From an uncultured bacterium (GTDB lineage: Bacteria; Oederibacteriota; Oederibacteriia; Oederibacteriales; Oederibacteriaceae), in the NCBI GenBank assembly GCA_965112635.1, contig OZ218778.1, forward strand, positions 2,400,001 to 2,464,000: a stretch of 64,000 nucleotides of DNA. Direction: 5' to 3'. The number at the start of each line of letters is the position of its first letter. The stretch's first letter is position 1. The notes beneath the pieces were generated by a model, which saw nothing but the letters and a program-made list of their open reading frames with translations, was not told the origin of the DNA and made no database searches. Both the position numbers and the translations under genes were made by a program. Shown here piece by piece: positions 27,870-38,488 of the stretch.

Positions 27870-30584
27870 TTATTCTCCCTTATCCGCTGGGGCCTGCCGG
27901 CTGACCGTGACCTCCACGGCCTGGGTCCCTTGCTGCCGGCCCTCGACAAATATCCTGGCTAGCACACTGTACTTCCCTTCCGGTAAAAATGAAGAGGCGT
28001 TCAGCTTGAACCGGACCGGCAATTTTTCCCCGCTCCTCAAATAAAAGCTTTGGCCAACCGGTTCAATATTCAAAAGATCGACGCCTGGCACGCCCTGCCA
28101 AGCCTGCCAGGGCAGGTCCAGAGTAACATAGCCATTGATATACTCTTCGGTAAGGTTTTCCAAGGTTATCTGAAAGCCTGCTTCATCACCGGCACTCAAA
28201 GCCACTGGATCTTCCTGCAGGTTGGTGCTGACCTCCTCCGGTAACTGCTTGGCATCTCCAGGGATAAAATCAGCCACAGCCCTGATCTCCTGCTTGCCGT
28301 CAAACAAGTCAGCCTTTAGTCTGGCCCAGGGCTGGACCGCTCCAGTCTCCTTTGACTTTTTTATCTGCACATGGATGGGATAGGTACTGAATTCGCCGGA
28401 TTTTAGTTTGCACCTGATCTCTGTGGGCTTGACCACCCATCCTCTGGGATACGATAGCACGACTGATTCGTCCAGGTCTTTTAAAGAATTGTTGTTGACC
28501 TTCAGGGTCAGGTCCGCGGTCTCGTTGAAATGCCTGACCTGCGGTTCCGTGAAACCCATGAAAACAGGCTGCCCTCCCAGGGGCGGCAGCTCCAAGGCTC
28601 CCCTTTCCCAATAGTCTGGATAAACAGGCTGCAGCGTCTCTTTTTCGGGCCCCAGGCACGGCCAGCTTTTCTTGCGCTTAAGGGCATTGTCAAAATTCAG
28701 CAGGAAACGTCCCCTCGCGCCGTTAGCCAGGGAAAGGGTGAATTTTTTGTCTGAAACATCCAAAACCGCCGTGTCACCGCCCTCTTTGTTCACGTTTTCC
28801 TGGGAGTCCACCAGGTCCGCCCGGCGGATCTTTTTCCAAAATTTCAATTCGGCCGTGGCTTTCTTGCCTTCCTGCTCTGCCAATTCCAGGACGATGCCGG
28901 CCTTGTCGCTCATGTCTTTCTTTTCCTGGGCAAAAGAGAAAAACCCGCTCAACTTGAGGGACCTGACCTCGACATTAGCCGGACTGGCTGAAATGAAACT
29001 GAGCTCATTGGGCAATTCTCCCATTTTCCAGGGCACCGACACGCCGGGCAGGAAGGGCTGCCTGAAAAGTTCCGCCGGTGAAATGGCGAATTGGGGTCCG
29101 CTGGACTCTTCGATATCTTTCTTTTTGGTCGGGACCAGGTAATAGACCCTGCATCCCAATGCCGGCACGTCATCGGCCTTGAAATAGACCAGGCGCTGTT
29201 TGGGGCCTTTTTCCAGGATCTTGTACGGGATTTGGTTCGCCTTGCGGTCCAGCATCAGGAACGGCTTGCCAAAAAAGATCTTGTTAGAAAGTTCGAACAG
29301 ACAAGCGCCGCCCTGAGAACTGGAAGAAGGATTGAAGACCACCACGGCGTGGCCTACCCCGTGATAGATGTTCCTGTTGGCCGTATGGATTTTGGAGCAA
29401 ATGAACTGCAGCGAATTCGCTAAAATCTCCTGGCTCAATTCATAGCTGGCCTGCAGCAAATCCTTCCTGTTTTTTGGAGCTCCCAGCCACAAAGTCCGCC
29501 AGGCTTTGTCCAAGGCAGCCCTGGGGTAGTTCCGGCCTCCCACGACCCAAGCCAGGGTCGCGAACTTTTCAGCGGTCAGCAACCGGCCTTCGCAGAACTG
29601 GACCAGGTCAGGTTCTATGCCGGCGGTCTTGGTCAAGCCCGGACCGCTGGAGGTCTTGGGGGATGGCCACGCCGCTTTCGCCGCTGCAGGGATTTGGTCC
29701 AAGCCGGCCAAAGCGACCCCCGGGAGATTGTTCAGCTTGTTCCATTCGGCCACCTGCTGCAGCAAAGCCGTGGGGTCAAAAACATCCTGTCCAATATTGG
29801 AAAAAAGCAGGAACGGCCTGGTCAGGTCGGGATCAGCCGCCCGGTAAATTTCATCAAGCGCCTGCTCGTTCTGGACATTCACCACAGACTGGCTTGATAG
29901 TCCTGCCCATTGTTGTAAAAGCGGGAAAAGCGCTCCCATTTCATTGATTTGCAATTTGCTTCCTGGCCCAGTGCTAAAAAACCAGGAACGGGCTCCCCCG
30001 GTAAGGCTAGGCCTGACCACGAAAAGCCTCTGTATCCCCTGCTGTCCCAGCAAAGAAAGCATCGAAGTCTGGGGAGGCGGGGTGTCCGCGATAGCCAAAA
30101 CAGGATTAAGACCCAGAAAAGACTTTTGCATGCTTCCCAATTGGCCAAGTTCCCGGCCCAGGGCCTCGGAACCCATATTCCAGTAAAGGAACTTCCCGGT
30201 CGCAGCCGGGAGAATGGCCTTCCCCTGCTGGCAGGCCAGTTTCAGGGCCTGCCTCTCCTCGGGATACGCCTGCCAAAAGGCCTCCAAAAGTTCGTAGGAA
30301 CCAATCAAAAAGACATAGGGGTTCTGCGAAGACAGGTTGAGCTGGTTATCCAGGCTTTCCATTCTGCTTTTCAAATCTTCGCCGCTGGGAAAGTTATAAA
30401 GGAAAATGGCTGCCCCTGAGGGCAATGGCTTGGGTGCCGCCGTAGCGGTCAGACTGACCGGATTGGAATCGTCTCCCCGCAGGATGCCGCTAAAACACGG
30501 GCTTAACAATGCCATTAAAATCAAAACGCAAACGGTTTTTTGCATTGGGCTCTTGGCCAAGGGCAAGGTGTTCCGCCTGTTCAA
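27870..30584 (-). CDS. Large secreted degenerate GH38 (alpha-mannosidase)-like protein with C-terminal NEW3-like Ig domains
   Basis: GH38-like segments [35 protein letters not shown]...[22 protein letters not shown]; no HxD Zn motif visible. Confidence 0.55.
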   Translation of the reverse strand: MNRRNTLPLAKSPMQKTVCVLILMALLSPCFSGILRGDDSNPVSLTATAAPKPLPSGAAIFLYNFPSGEDLKSRMESLDNQLNLSSQNPYVFLIGSYELLEAFWQAYPEERQALKLACQQGKAILPAATGKFLYWNMGSEALGRELGQLGSMQKSFLGLNPVLAIADTPPPQTSMLSLLGQQGIQRLFVVRPSLTGGARSWFFSTGPGSKLQINEMGALFPLLQQWAGLSSQSVVNVQNEQALDEIYRAADPDLTRPFLLFSNIGQDVFDPTALLQQVAEWNKLNNLPGVALAGLDQIPAAAKAAWPSPKTSSGPGLTKTAGIEPDLVQFCEGRLLTAEKFATLAWVVGGRNYPRAALDKAWRTLWLGAPKNRKDLLQASYELSQEILANSLQFICSKIHTANRNIYHGVGHAVVVFNPSSSSQGGACLFELSNKIFFGKPFLMLDRKANQIPYKILEKGPKQRLVYFKADDVPALGCRVYYLVPTKKKDIEESSGPQFAISPAELFRQPFLPGVSVPWKMGELPNELSFISASPANVEVRSLKLSGFFSFAQEKKDMSDKAGIVLELAEQEGKKATAELKFWKKIRRADLVDSQENVNKEGGDTAVLDVSDKKFTLSLANGARGRFLLNFDNALKRKKSWPCLGPEKETLQPVYPDYWERGALELPPLGGQPVFMGFTEPQVRHFNETADLTLKVNNNSLKDLDESVVLSYPRGWVVKPTEIRCKLKSGEFSTYPIHVQIKKSKETGAVQPWARLKADLFDGKQEIRAVADFIPGDAKQLPEEVSTNLQEDPVALSAGDEAGFQITLENLTEEYINGYVTLDLPWQAWQGVPGVDLLNIEPVGQSFYLRSGEKLPVRFKLNASSFLPEGKYSVLARIFVEGRQQGTQAVEVTVSRQAPADKGE

Positions 30585-30862
30585 TCCAGGATCCTAGGTA
30601 CTTTAAAGAAATTATGGTCCGGGTCCGGAGCGTTTTTGAGCGCTTCGGCCTGAGGCAGAGAAGGCGTCACGTGGTCCTCTCTCCATACGTTGGTGAGGGG
30701 TAGGGCATGGGCCGTGGGCTCCACTCCTTCCACGGAAAGTTCGTTCAAGCGCTCCATGTGACCCAAAATCTTGGAAAGCTGGTCGCTATATTTGAGTTTT
30801 TCCTCGTCGGTCAAAGCCAGCCGGGCCAGCTTGGCCACATGGTCGATCTCTTCTTTTTTCAA
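30581..30862 (-). CDS. gatC: Amidotransferase subunit C
   Basis: HVAKLARL, VEPTAH, NVWRED and FKVPRI motifs; TTG start. Confidence 0.95.
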   Translation of the reverse strand: MKKEEIDHVAKLARLALTDEEKLKYSDQLSKILGHMERLNELSVEGVEPTAHALPLTNVWREDHVTPSLPQAEALKNAPDPDHNFFKVPRILD

Positions 30863-30981
30863 AGTTTATCCTCATCTTTAGCATGATGGCTTTTCGTTGA
30901 AAGATATTATCATAACACGGCACTGGTGAAGTTCAAGATGGGAGGCTGGCGGGCCATGAGAGCGCGAGACCGGAAAACGGA

Positions 30982-32313
30982 CTATTTAGCCTTGGGAAGG
31001 CGATCCAAAAAACTCCTGTCGATCTGGTAAGCTTCGCCTGGGTCCTGGGATCTGATCCAGACCTTGGTATTGTCAGCGGAATTCTTTCCGACGACCAGGG
31101 AGCACTTGGTGGCAGGCGAACCGCTTATAACCCAGGTAATGGTGGCCTGGGGTTTGGACCATCCCGCCTGGGCTTCGGTAACGCTTTTGGCGTCAACGGC
31201 TTTGCTGTACTCCATGGCATATAGCTCATAGACCAGGCTGTTGATCTGGTTGGGGTCGATCTTCGCCTTCGGCTCGGCGGTCACGGACCACAGGTTGTTC
31301 TTGCCCCGTTTAGCTTTGAGATGCAGGGCGGGGGTGGTCATTTCCAGGTTGTCCGCCTGGTTTATGTCCATATGAAAGATTTTCTTGTCCATCAGTTCGT
31401 CCTGTTTAGCGTTGAACGCGTTGATGATGTATTCCTGCACCTTGACGCAGTCGGAAACCGCGGAACGGGTGGCGTAGTAGACCTTGGCGTTCTTTTCCTG
31501 GACCTGCGCGAAAGAAATGCTCTGCTTGTCCTTGCCCTGCCAGAAATCGATGGTCTTGAGTGGCTTGTTCAAATGGTAGGTGGCGGGCGAGGTCAAAGGC
31601 TCCTGCTCGAACGAGGCGGCTGTTCCGTGGGCCAGGGTGCGCAAACCCGATTTGATCCTGTCGTTATTGGCCAGATGACGGAAGGGTTTGGTGATATACC
31701 AGGTCCCCGCTTTTTTCTCCAGGACAAAGGACTTGTCCCCTTCCGCGAGCTGTATCTTGTCCACCGCATCCTCCTGGATAGAAAGCAGGGACTTGTCCCT
31801 GAGGTCATATAAACTTTTATCAAGGTTGTTCTTGGTGGTAATGGAGATTTCATGCACGGCCTTGTAATCCCTGAGTTTCATGTAGTTCATGGTGTTGGAG
31901 GGATTGCTGTCGCCGATCAGGATGGCTGTTTTGGTCTTATTGTCCGCGGTCGATAGCTGGATGGTCAGATAGGGCTTTTTGAGTCCGTAAATGCTCAGGT
32001 CCTGCGGGCTCTCTTCGACGACCTGTTCGCTGCTCAAGTCCACGACGGAAGAAAGGAACCGGTCCAAGTCATTGGGGTCTGTTTTGGCGTGCCTGGGCTC
32101 GATGACCGCCCATACGCCTTTTTCCTTTTTACAAACGATATGGGTGCCCGCCTTGTCCAGGCTGAAACGGTCCACCTGGTCCTTGGTCAGGTTGGTGATG
32201 ACCTTGGTCGTTGTTTCCGCCGGGGGAGCTGGTTTTTTGCGCTCAAAAACAAAGTAATAACCTAAAAAAAGCGCGAAAACGGCCAGGATAATCAGGGTAT
32301 TTTTGAATTTCAT
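30982..32313 (-). CDS. DUF4340 domain protein
   Basis: N-terminal TM; repeated units with W....P, YGL..P and IG motifs; follows the GldG-like gene. Confidence 0.8.
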   Translation of the reverse strand: MKFKNTLIILAVFALFLGYYFVFERKKPAPPAETTTKVITNLTKDQVDRFSLDKAGTHIVCKKEKGVWAVIEPRHAKTDPNDLDRFLSSVVDLSSEQVVEESPQDLSIYGLKKPYLTIQLSTADNKTKTAILIGDSNPSNTMNYMKLRDYKAVHEISITTKNNLDKSLYDLRDKSLLSIQEDAVDKIQLAEGDKSFVLEKKAGTWYITKPFRHLANNDRIKSGLRTLAHGTAASFEQEPLTSPATYHLNKPLKTIDFWQGKDKQSISFAQVQEKNAKVYYATRSAVSDCVKVQEYIINAFNAKQDELMDKKIFHMDINQADNLEMTTPALHLKAKRGKNNLWSVTAEPKAKIDPNQINSLVYELYAMEYSKAVDAKSVTEAQAGWSKPQATITWVISGSPATKCSLVVGKNSADNTKVWIRSQDPGEAYQIDRSFLDRLPKAK

Positions 32314-32320
32314 GCTGGGT

Positions 32321-33910
32321 TTACCTGAAAACAGAACGGCGCCGCCAGATGATGTAACCACCGGCGCCTAAGATCAACAGGGGGAGGACGATCACGGGGA
32401 CCACGAAGATCAGCTTGCCCTGCCAGGGTTTGAGCAGGATCGGGACGAACTGCGACTCTTTGGCCGCGATGGCGATCAGATCCCCCTCCTCGGCCAGGAA
32501 ATTGAGGGCGTTCATGTACAAGTCCCGGTTCCCCGAGATGTTGACATAGTTGTTCTGCACGAACGAAGAATTCCCGAATACCACGAGCGCGGCCTTTTGG
32601 GGCTTTTTGTTGGCCGCGTCATTGGGGGTGGCGGCCTGGACATCCAGACTTACGGCCACGGCAATAGGCAGCGGCCCTTTTTTGTCTTCCTTGGTGTTAA
32701 AGTTCCCGTTGCCTTTTTTGAGGGCCCCCAGGTCGGTCTTGGCCCAGCTCCCGGGGCTTGTTTTGGCCAGGACCTGGACCGTAGAACCCGCGGGCGTCTT
32801 CGCGGCCTGGTCCACCGTGCAGGAATAGGGAAAGAGGGTCATGACCTTGAAATCTTTGGTGATGGGATGGTCTTCATACTGGGTGACCACAGGGACCAGG
32901 ACATCAGCCCCAAAAAGGCGGCTAAGCGGGTCCACCAGGACGTTGTGCCCCACCTCGACCCCGTAATCCAAAAGCCATTTACGCAGCTCGCCGGTGCGGG
33001 TATCCGGGTCGATTTGCACCATCAGGTGTCCCCCGTTCTTGACAAAAGCGGTCAGCATGCTCAGCTCTTTGGCCAAAAAGTCGGTCTTGGGACCGCAGAC
33101 CACTAAGGTCGTGGCGTCGTTGGGAATGGTTTTTTCACGCGCCAGAAGCAGGGGCTTGACCACATACCCTTCGTCCTCCAGGGTCTTCCTGACTTGGCTC
33201 AAACCCTGCGGCCCATCCTGGCTGATGTCAGCCTCTCCGTGTCCCGTGGTGAAATATAAATTTTTGGTCCCTTCGCGGGTGACTTTGATGACGGAATTGG
33301 TGACCTGCTCCTCGGTAGTGCCGTTCAGTTTCTGCGTCTTGTTCTCGCATATGAAAACCACGGTGCCGTACTGGGTGACCTGGTAATTCTTGGCCAAAGC
33401 CGGGTTGCGGTCAGGGTCGACGAACTCGTAGCTGAACTTGGTGTTGACGCCGGAATACATTTTCAAAAGATCGGACATGTCCTTGTCGGTGTTCTTCTTG
33501 AAAAAACCGATCGCCCTGACCGGCGCTTTGAGGGCCTTGAGAACGCTGACAGACTGCGCCGAAAGGCTGAACCTTTTATTCTTGGTGAGGTCCCACTGGA
33601 AACTGTGATTGAGCCCTATGGCTTCCACGATCACTAGAATGCCCAGGATGACCAGGGCCTGAAGGCCTAGATTGGCGCCGGACTTGAAGGAACTCTGGGT
33701 GATCCATTTCCAGAACGCTTTGGCCCGGAACACCAGGGTAACGGCGAGAGCCAGCGCGCCCGTGACCAGGAATACCCACAGGACCCAGCTCATTTCTCCG
33801 GTGATGATGCGGCCTAGGGCTGTGGCCACCAGCAAAAAGAATCCGGCGCTGGCCAGGGCCTGGAAATACGGGGCCAGGACGCTTTCCATTTTTTTCATGG
33901 TTGTATTCAT
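32321..33910 (-). CDS. GldG-like ABC transporter auxiliary component
   Basis: DLTKNKRFSLS, FVDPDRNP, YFTTGHGE and N.DL..NALN motifs. Confidence 0.85.
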   Translation of the reverse strand: MNTTMKKMESVLAPYFQALASAGFFLLVATALGRIITGEMSWVLWVFLVTGALALAVTLVFRAKAFWKWITQSSFKSGANLGLQALVILGILVIVEAIGLNHSFQWDLTKNKRFSLSAQSVSVLKALKAPVRAIGFFKKNTDKDMSDLLKMYSGVNTKFSYEFVDPDRNPALAKNYQVTQYGTVVFICENKTQKLNGTTEEQVTNSVIKVTREGTKNLYFTTGHGEADISQDGPQGLSQVRKTLEDEGYVVKPLLLAREKTIPNDATTLVVCGPKTDFLAKELSMLTAFVKNGGHLMVQIDPDTRTGELRKWLLDYGVEVGHNVLVDPLSRLFGADVLVPVVTQYEDHPITKDFKVMTLFPYSCTVDQAAKTPAGSTVQVLAKTSPGSWAKTDLGALKKGNGNFNTKEDKKGPLPIAVAVSLDVQAATPNDAANKKPQKAALVVFGNSSFVQNNYVNISGNRDLYMNALNFLAEEGDLIAIAAKESQFVPILLKPWQGKLIFVVPVIVLPLLILGAGGYIIWRRRSVFR

Positions 33911-33914
33911 GGTT

Positions 33915-34691
33915 TTAACCTCTCCATTTCTTGGACGCCAGGGCCTGCAGGGTCAGGTACAGGCAGAAACCCGTGAACAGGAGAAAATACAGGATGTCGT
34001 GAGTATCAAAAACGCCTTTCATAAAGCTGTCGATATGGGGGAAAAAGGATATCTCGCCGATGACCTTGCCCAGTGCCGGCCCCGCTGAATTGGAGGCCCA
34101 GTTAAGGACCCAAAGCAGCAGCAGGCCGCCCAGGGTGACCACCGCGGAAACGATCTGGTGTTCGGTCAGGGCGGAGGCCAGCAGGCCGAAAGAGATAAAG
34201 GAAGCCCCCAAAAGGATCAATCCGGCATAGACGGTAATCACGGGTCCGATCTCCAGGGACCCGCTGATCACGACCAGGAGCGGATAGAGCAGGGTGACCC
34301 CCATGATACACAGGTAGATACCCAGGCAAGCCAAAAATTTGCCCAGGACGATCTCGCGGTCCTGAATAGGGTGCGTAAAAAGGACTTCGGCCGTTCCCGA
34401 CCGCTTTTCCTCCGAAAACAGGCGCATGGTCAGGAGGGGCACGATAAAGATCGCCACCAGGGAAATATTAAGGTAAAGCGGCCTCAGGATGCGCTCGGTG
34501 GGATTGAGGTCCGGCATGCTGCCGTATTGGCGCTGGCTCATCATCTGGAAACTGATCATGCTGTAGTAAGCGAAGATATTGTAAAAGAAGAAACCGGACA
34601 CGACCAAGTACATGGCCGCGGTGACGTAAGCAATGGGAGAATAAAGGTAGGAATTCATCTCTTTTTTGAACAGCACCAGCCAGCGTTTCAT
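33915..34691 (-). CDS. GldF-like ABC-2 permease
   Basis: SPIAYV, PLLTMRLFSEEKRSGT.E.L and GKFLA motifs. Confidence 0.88.
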   Translation of the reverse strand: MKRWLVLFKKEMNSYLYSPIAYVTAAMYLVVSGFFFYNIFAYYSMISFQMMSQRQYGSMPDLNPTERILRPLYLNISLVAIFIVPLLTMRLFSEEKRSGTAEVLFTHPIQDREIVLGKFLACLGIYLCIMGVTLLYPLLVVISGSLEIGPVITVYAGLILLGASFISFGLLASALTEHQIVSAVVTLGGLLLLWVLNWASNSAGPALGKVIGEISFFPHIDSFMKGVFDTHDILYFLLFTGFCLYLTLQALASKKWRG

Positions 34692-35650
34692 TTTTTAGCC
34701 TTGCCTCCCCCCTCGTCCTCATCGGTCACGAGTTTGATAAAGATGTCCTCCAGGCTCATTTCCAGGGGCCTCATCTCCAAGAGCGTGTAACCCTTTTTCA
34801 CGATCCTCTCCGCCAGGTCGCCCCTGACATCCACGTCCACTTTGGACTCGACCATATACCTGGCCGCTTCGTCATCGGACGATTCCTGGGGCAGGACATC
34901 CAGCACGCCGTCCACCTGGGACAGGTTCTTGATGACCTCTTTTTGCGGCCCTTTGACCTGGATAAGGACTTTGGAGGATTTTTCCAGCTGTTTGGTCAGG
35001 TTGGCCGGGGTGTCCGAAGCCACGACCTTGCCCTCGTTGATGATGATGACGCGTTCGCAGGTCATGCTGACCTCGGGCAGGATGTGGGTGCTCAAAACAA
35101 TGGTATGCTCGCCGCCCAGGCCTTTGATGAGTTCCCTGATCTCGATGATCTGCTTGGGGTCCAGCCCCACGGTCGGCTCGTCCAGGATCAAAACCTCGGG
35201 GTCGGACACCAGGGCCTGCGCCAAACCCACCCTTTGCCGGTAACCTTTGGAAAGCCGGCCCAAAAGTTCCTTGGCTACATGGGTGATCCCGCATTCTTCC
35301 ATCACTTTGCCCACTTGTCTGGAGATGGCGGCGCCGGTCAGGCCTTTGAGGGCGGCGGAAAACTCGAGGAACTCTTTTGTCCGCATGTCGGGATACAGAG
35401 GAACGCTTTCCGGAAGGTATCCGATATGTTTCCTGACTGCCAGGGAATTTTTATTGACGTCGTGTCCGGCGACCCGGACGGTCCCTGAGGTGGCGGTCAG
35501 AAAACCCGTGATAATGCGCATGGTCGTGGTCTTGCCCGCCGCGTTGGGGCCGAGAAAACCAAGGATCTCCCCTTTTTTAACTTCAAAGGAAATGTCCTGC
35601 ACCGCGGTCTTGGTGCCGAAATTTTTTACCAGATGCTCGACTTCGATCAT
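34688..35650 (-). CDS. GldA-like ABC ATP-binding protein
   Basis: GPNAAGKTT, LSKGYRQRVGLA and LDEPTVGLDP motifs. Confidence 0.9.
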   Translation of the reverse strand: MIEVEHLVKNFGTKTAVQDISFEVKKGEILGFLGPNAAGKTTTMRIITGFLTATSGTVRVAGHDVNKNSLAVRKHIGYLPESVPLYPDMRTKEFLEFSAALKGLTGAAISRQVGKVMEECGITHVAKELLGRLSKGYRQRVGLAQALVSDPEVLILDEPTVGLDPKQIIEIRELIKGLGGEHTIVLSTHILPEVSMTCERVIIINEGKVVASDTPANLTKQLEKSSKVLIQVKGPQKEVIKNLSQVDGVLDVLPQESSDDEAARYMVESKVDVDVRGDLAERIVKKGYTLLEMRPLEMSLEDIFIKLVTDEDEGGGKAKK

Positions 35651-35847
35651 TTTCACTCCTGAATTGTTGTGGAAAAAAATTCTAGTGAAAAACCATTTTA
35701 TTGTCAAGTGTTCCCAAGGCCTTCTTTCGGACAAACCTGGCCCCGCGTCCCCCGGACAATTTTTAGCTTGTCAAGGACAACAGGCAAAAAATGAGGTAAT
35801 ATATTCCGATGTTAACGCCTAGCTGCCATTCTCATAAGGAGGAATAT

Positions 35848-36870
35848 ATGAAACTGAAATTTTTACTCGCCTTTATAGTCCTTTTTACCTCAAGCAGCGC
35901 CTTTGCTTCCTATCGGGAATTCAAGGTCCTTAAAGAGATCCGCGTGCCGGGCGACGGCGGCTGGGACTACCTCACCATGGACAACTCGGAGCGCCTGCTC
36001 TATGTTTCCCACGGGACCCAGGTGGATGTCGTCAATGTGGACCGCGCCAAGGTCGTGGGCTCCATCCCCAACACCCCGGGCGTGCATGGCGTTGCCCTGG
36101 CTAACCAGCTGAGCCGGGGATTCACCAGCAACGGCAGGGCTTCCACGGTCACCATGTTCTGGCTCAAGAACCGCAAGTTCATAAAAGAAGTCCCGGTCGG
36201 AGGCAATCCGGACGCTATCCTTTACGAACCCTACACCAACCAGGTATTTACCTTTAACGGCAGGAGCCAGACCGCCACGGTCCTGGAAGGGGCTACAGGC
36301 AAAGTAACGGCCACTCTGGACATGGGCGGTAAACCTGAATTCGCGGTCTCCGACAACAAGGGAACGGTCTGGGTCAATGTGGAAGACAAGAACGAGATCC
36401 TGCGCATTGACGCCATGAACCTGACCGTGACGGCCCAATGGACCCTGGCTCCCGAAGGCCAAAATCCGACCGGCCTGGCCATGGATGTCGTCCACCGCCG
36501 GCTCTTCTCGGTCTGCGGCAACAAGACCATGGTGGTCATGGACGCGGACCGCGGTAAGGTGATCTCCGACCTTCCCATCGGCGAACACCCGGACGCCTGC
36601 GCCTTTGATCCCAAGAACGAACTTATTTTCTGTTCTTGCGGCGACGGGACGCTCACGGTCATCCACGAGGACTCACCCGACACCTACACCGTCATGCAGA
36701 CCGTGGACACCCAAAAAGGCGCCAGGACCATGGCCCTTGACCTTAAAAGGCACCGCGTCTACCTGGCCGTGGCCGATTTCGGCCCAGTGCCGGAGGCCAC
36801 AGCGGACAAACCCCATCCCCGGCCAAGCATCCTTCCCGGGACCTTCAAGATACTCATAGTGGGACGGTAA
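35848..36870 (+). CDS. YncE family secreted beta-propeller protein
   Basis: Signal peptide; GDGGWDY, GVHGVA, GKPEFA and GARTMALD motifs; AAGGAGG SD. Confidence 0.85.
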   Translation: MKLKFLLAFIVLFTSSSAFASYREFKVLKEIRVPGDGGWDYLTMDNSERLLYVSHGTQVDVVNVDRAKVVGSIPNTPGVHGVALANQLSRGFTSNGRASTVTMFWLKNRKFIKEVPVGGNPDAILYEPYTNQVFTFNGRSQTATVLEGATGKVTATLDMGGKPEFAVSDNKGTVWVNVEDKNEILRIDAMNLTVTAQWTLAPEGQNPTGLAMDVVHRRLFSVCGNKTMVVMDADRGKVISDLPIGEHPDACAFDPKNELIFCSCGDGTLTVIHEDSPDTYTVMQTVDTQKGARTMALDLKRHRVYLAVADFGPVPEATADKPHPRPSILPGTFKILIVGR

Positions 36871-36875
36871 CCAAA

Positions 36876-37724
36876 GTGGTTCGGCAAAAGAAGTCCATCC
36901 AACCCATCCGCATCTGGACGGTTTTTGTCAGGGCGTTCAACCGGTTCAACAGCATCGATGGTTCGCACCGGGCCGCCGCCTTTGCTTATTTCGCCTTTTT
37001 CGCCCTGTTCCCCCTGGCCATCCTGTTCATCACCATTGCTTCGGATTTTATCAGCCAGGACTTCGCGGTCCAACAGGCCACCCATTATATCCAGAGCTAT
37101 TTGCCTTTGACCGACCGGACCCAGACATTTATGACCGGGGCCATCTCCGGGCTGACCCGGGCCAGGGCCAGGGCCGGCACCCTGGCTTTTCTTTCCCTTT
37201 TCTGGGTGGCGGTCGGTTTTATCACAACCCTGCTTTCGGCCGCTGACCGGGCCTGGAATATCCCCCAGTCCAGCTGGTGGAAATTGCCTCTCAAAGGGTT
37301 TATTTTACTGGTCTGCATGATGATCGCCCTGCTCCTCGGGATTTTCGTGCCTCTAATCAACCGCTTTTTGGTCAGAGGCCGCCTTTTATCCGAGCAGGGC
37401 TACATGCTGGTTTTTATCCTGCGCCACTTGGTCCTCCCGCTCGTGGTTTCCTTTTTCAGTCTGCTCATTTTTTATAAACTTGCCCCCCAGCGGCCCACTC
37501 GTTTTACTCATGTCTGGCTGGGAGCCCTGAGCGCCACCGTCCTGCTGGCTGTGGCGGAGAGCCTTTTCGTCAGCTATCTGACCAAATACGCCAGCCTCAA
37601 CGCGGTCTACGGCACTTTTGGCGGTATCATCGCCCTGCTCCTTTGGGTCTATATTTCCGGCGGCATCCTCATCTATGGCGCCTGCCTCTGCGCCTGCCAG
37701 GCAGAATTGGAAGAACAACGCTAA
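36876..37724 (+). CDS. YihY/BrkB family membrane protein
   Basis: AAAFAYF..FALFP and YGTFGGIIALLLWVY motifs. Confidence 0.9.
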   Translation: MVRQKKSIQPIRIWTVFVRAFNRFNSIDGSHRAAAFAYFAFFALFPLAILFITIASDFISQDFAVQQATHYIQSYLPLTDRTQTFMTGAISGLTRARARAGTLAFLSLFWVAVGFITTLLSAADRAWNIPQSSWWKLPLKGFILLVCMMIALLLGIFVPLINRFLVRGRLLSEQGYMLVFILRHLVLPLVVSFFSLLIFYKLAPQRPTRFTHVWLGALSATVLLAVAESLFVSYLTKYASLNAVYGTFGGIIALLLWVYISGGILIYGACLCACQAELEEQR

Positions 37725-37767
37725 GCCTTCAAGCTAAAGACTAATGAAAGGGTTATTTTAAACAACG

Positions 37768-38454
37768 ATGAATACTGGTTATCAAATAAAACGTAAATTT
37801 AACGAGGCTGCCAACAAATATGATGCGCAGCGCAAAATATTCATCCCATTTCTCCAAGACTATTATGAATCCGGGGTAAATTTTTTAGCATTGCAGGATT
37901 ATAAGAACATATTGGATTTGGGTGCTGGCACAGGCCTGCTGACCAAAATACTTTTCGATCGTTTTCCCAAGGCAAATTTTACTTTGGTGGATATTTCAGA
38001 AGAAATGCTGAATAGAGCTAAAAACAGGTTTGCCGGTCACTCTAATTTTCATTTTATTGTCGATGATTTTTCCCAAAAACTTCCCAACCAAAAATACGAC
38101 CTTATTGTTTCGGCACTATCTATTCATCACCTTAAAGCAGCCAATAAAATTAAATTATATGGGGCAATACTGAACATGCTGAAACCTAAGGGGTGTTTTT
38201 TGAACATTGATCAATACAATGCAAAAGATAAGGCTATCAACAAAAAATACGAAACATTGTGGATCAATAACATCAAAAATAATCTCCTGGCTATAAAGAA
38301 TCCTGGAGAGCTTATTAAATGGAAACAAAGAAGAACTCTGGATAAGGAAACAACCGTTGAAAAAGAAATGATGGAACTAAAAAGGACCGGATTCAAAAAA
38401 GTTGAATGTCTTTATAAGTATTGGAAATTCGCTGTGATCATAGGCAACAAATAA
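37768..38454 (+). CDS. Class I SAM-dependent methyltransferase (AT-rich gene)
   Basis: ILDLGAGTG, VDISEEML and SALSIHHL motifs. Confidence 0.88.
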   Translation: MNTGYQIKRKFNEAANKYDAQRKIFIPFLQDYYESGVNFLALQDYKNILDLGAGTGLLTKILFDRFPKANFTLVDISEEMLNRAKNRFAGHSNFHFIVDDFSQKLPNQKYDLIVSALSIHHLKAANKIKLYGAILNMLKPKGCFLNIDQYNAKDKAINKKYETLWINNIKNNLLAIKNPGELIKWKQRRTLDKETTVEKEMMELKRTGFKKVECLYKYWKFAVIIGNK

Positions 38455-38488
38455 GAGTTTACTGATCGAAATTTGCCAAGGAGATTGC

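Noticed and set aside
30982-35650. Gliding motility system
   Set aside because: GldA/F/G-like ABC plus DUF4340 modules are widespread in non-gliding bacteria; no gldK-N or sprA in the window
35690-35790. Repeated GGACAA/TTGTCA words in the divergent promoter region
   Set aside because: Short and irregularly spaced; cannot be separated from chance or ordinary -35 elements
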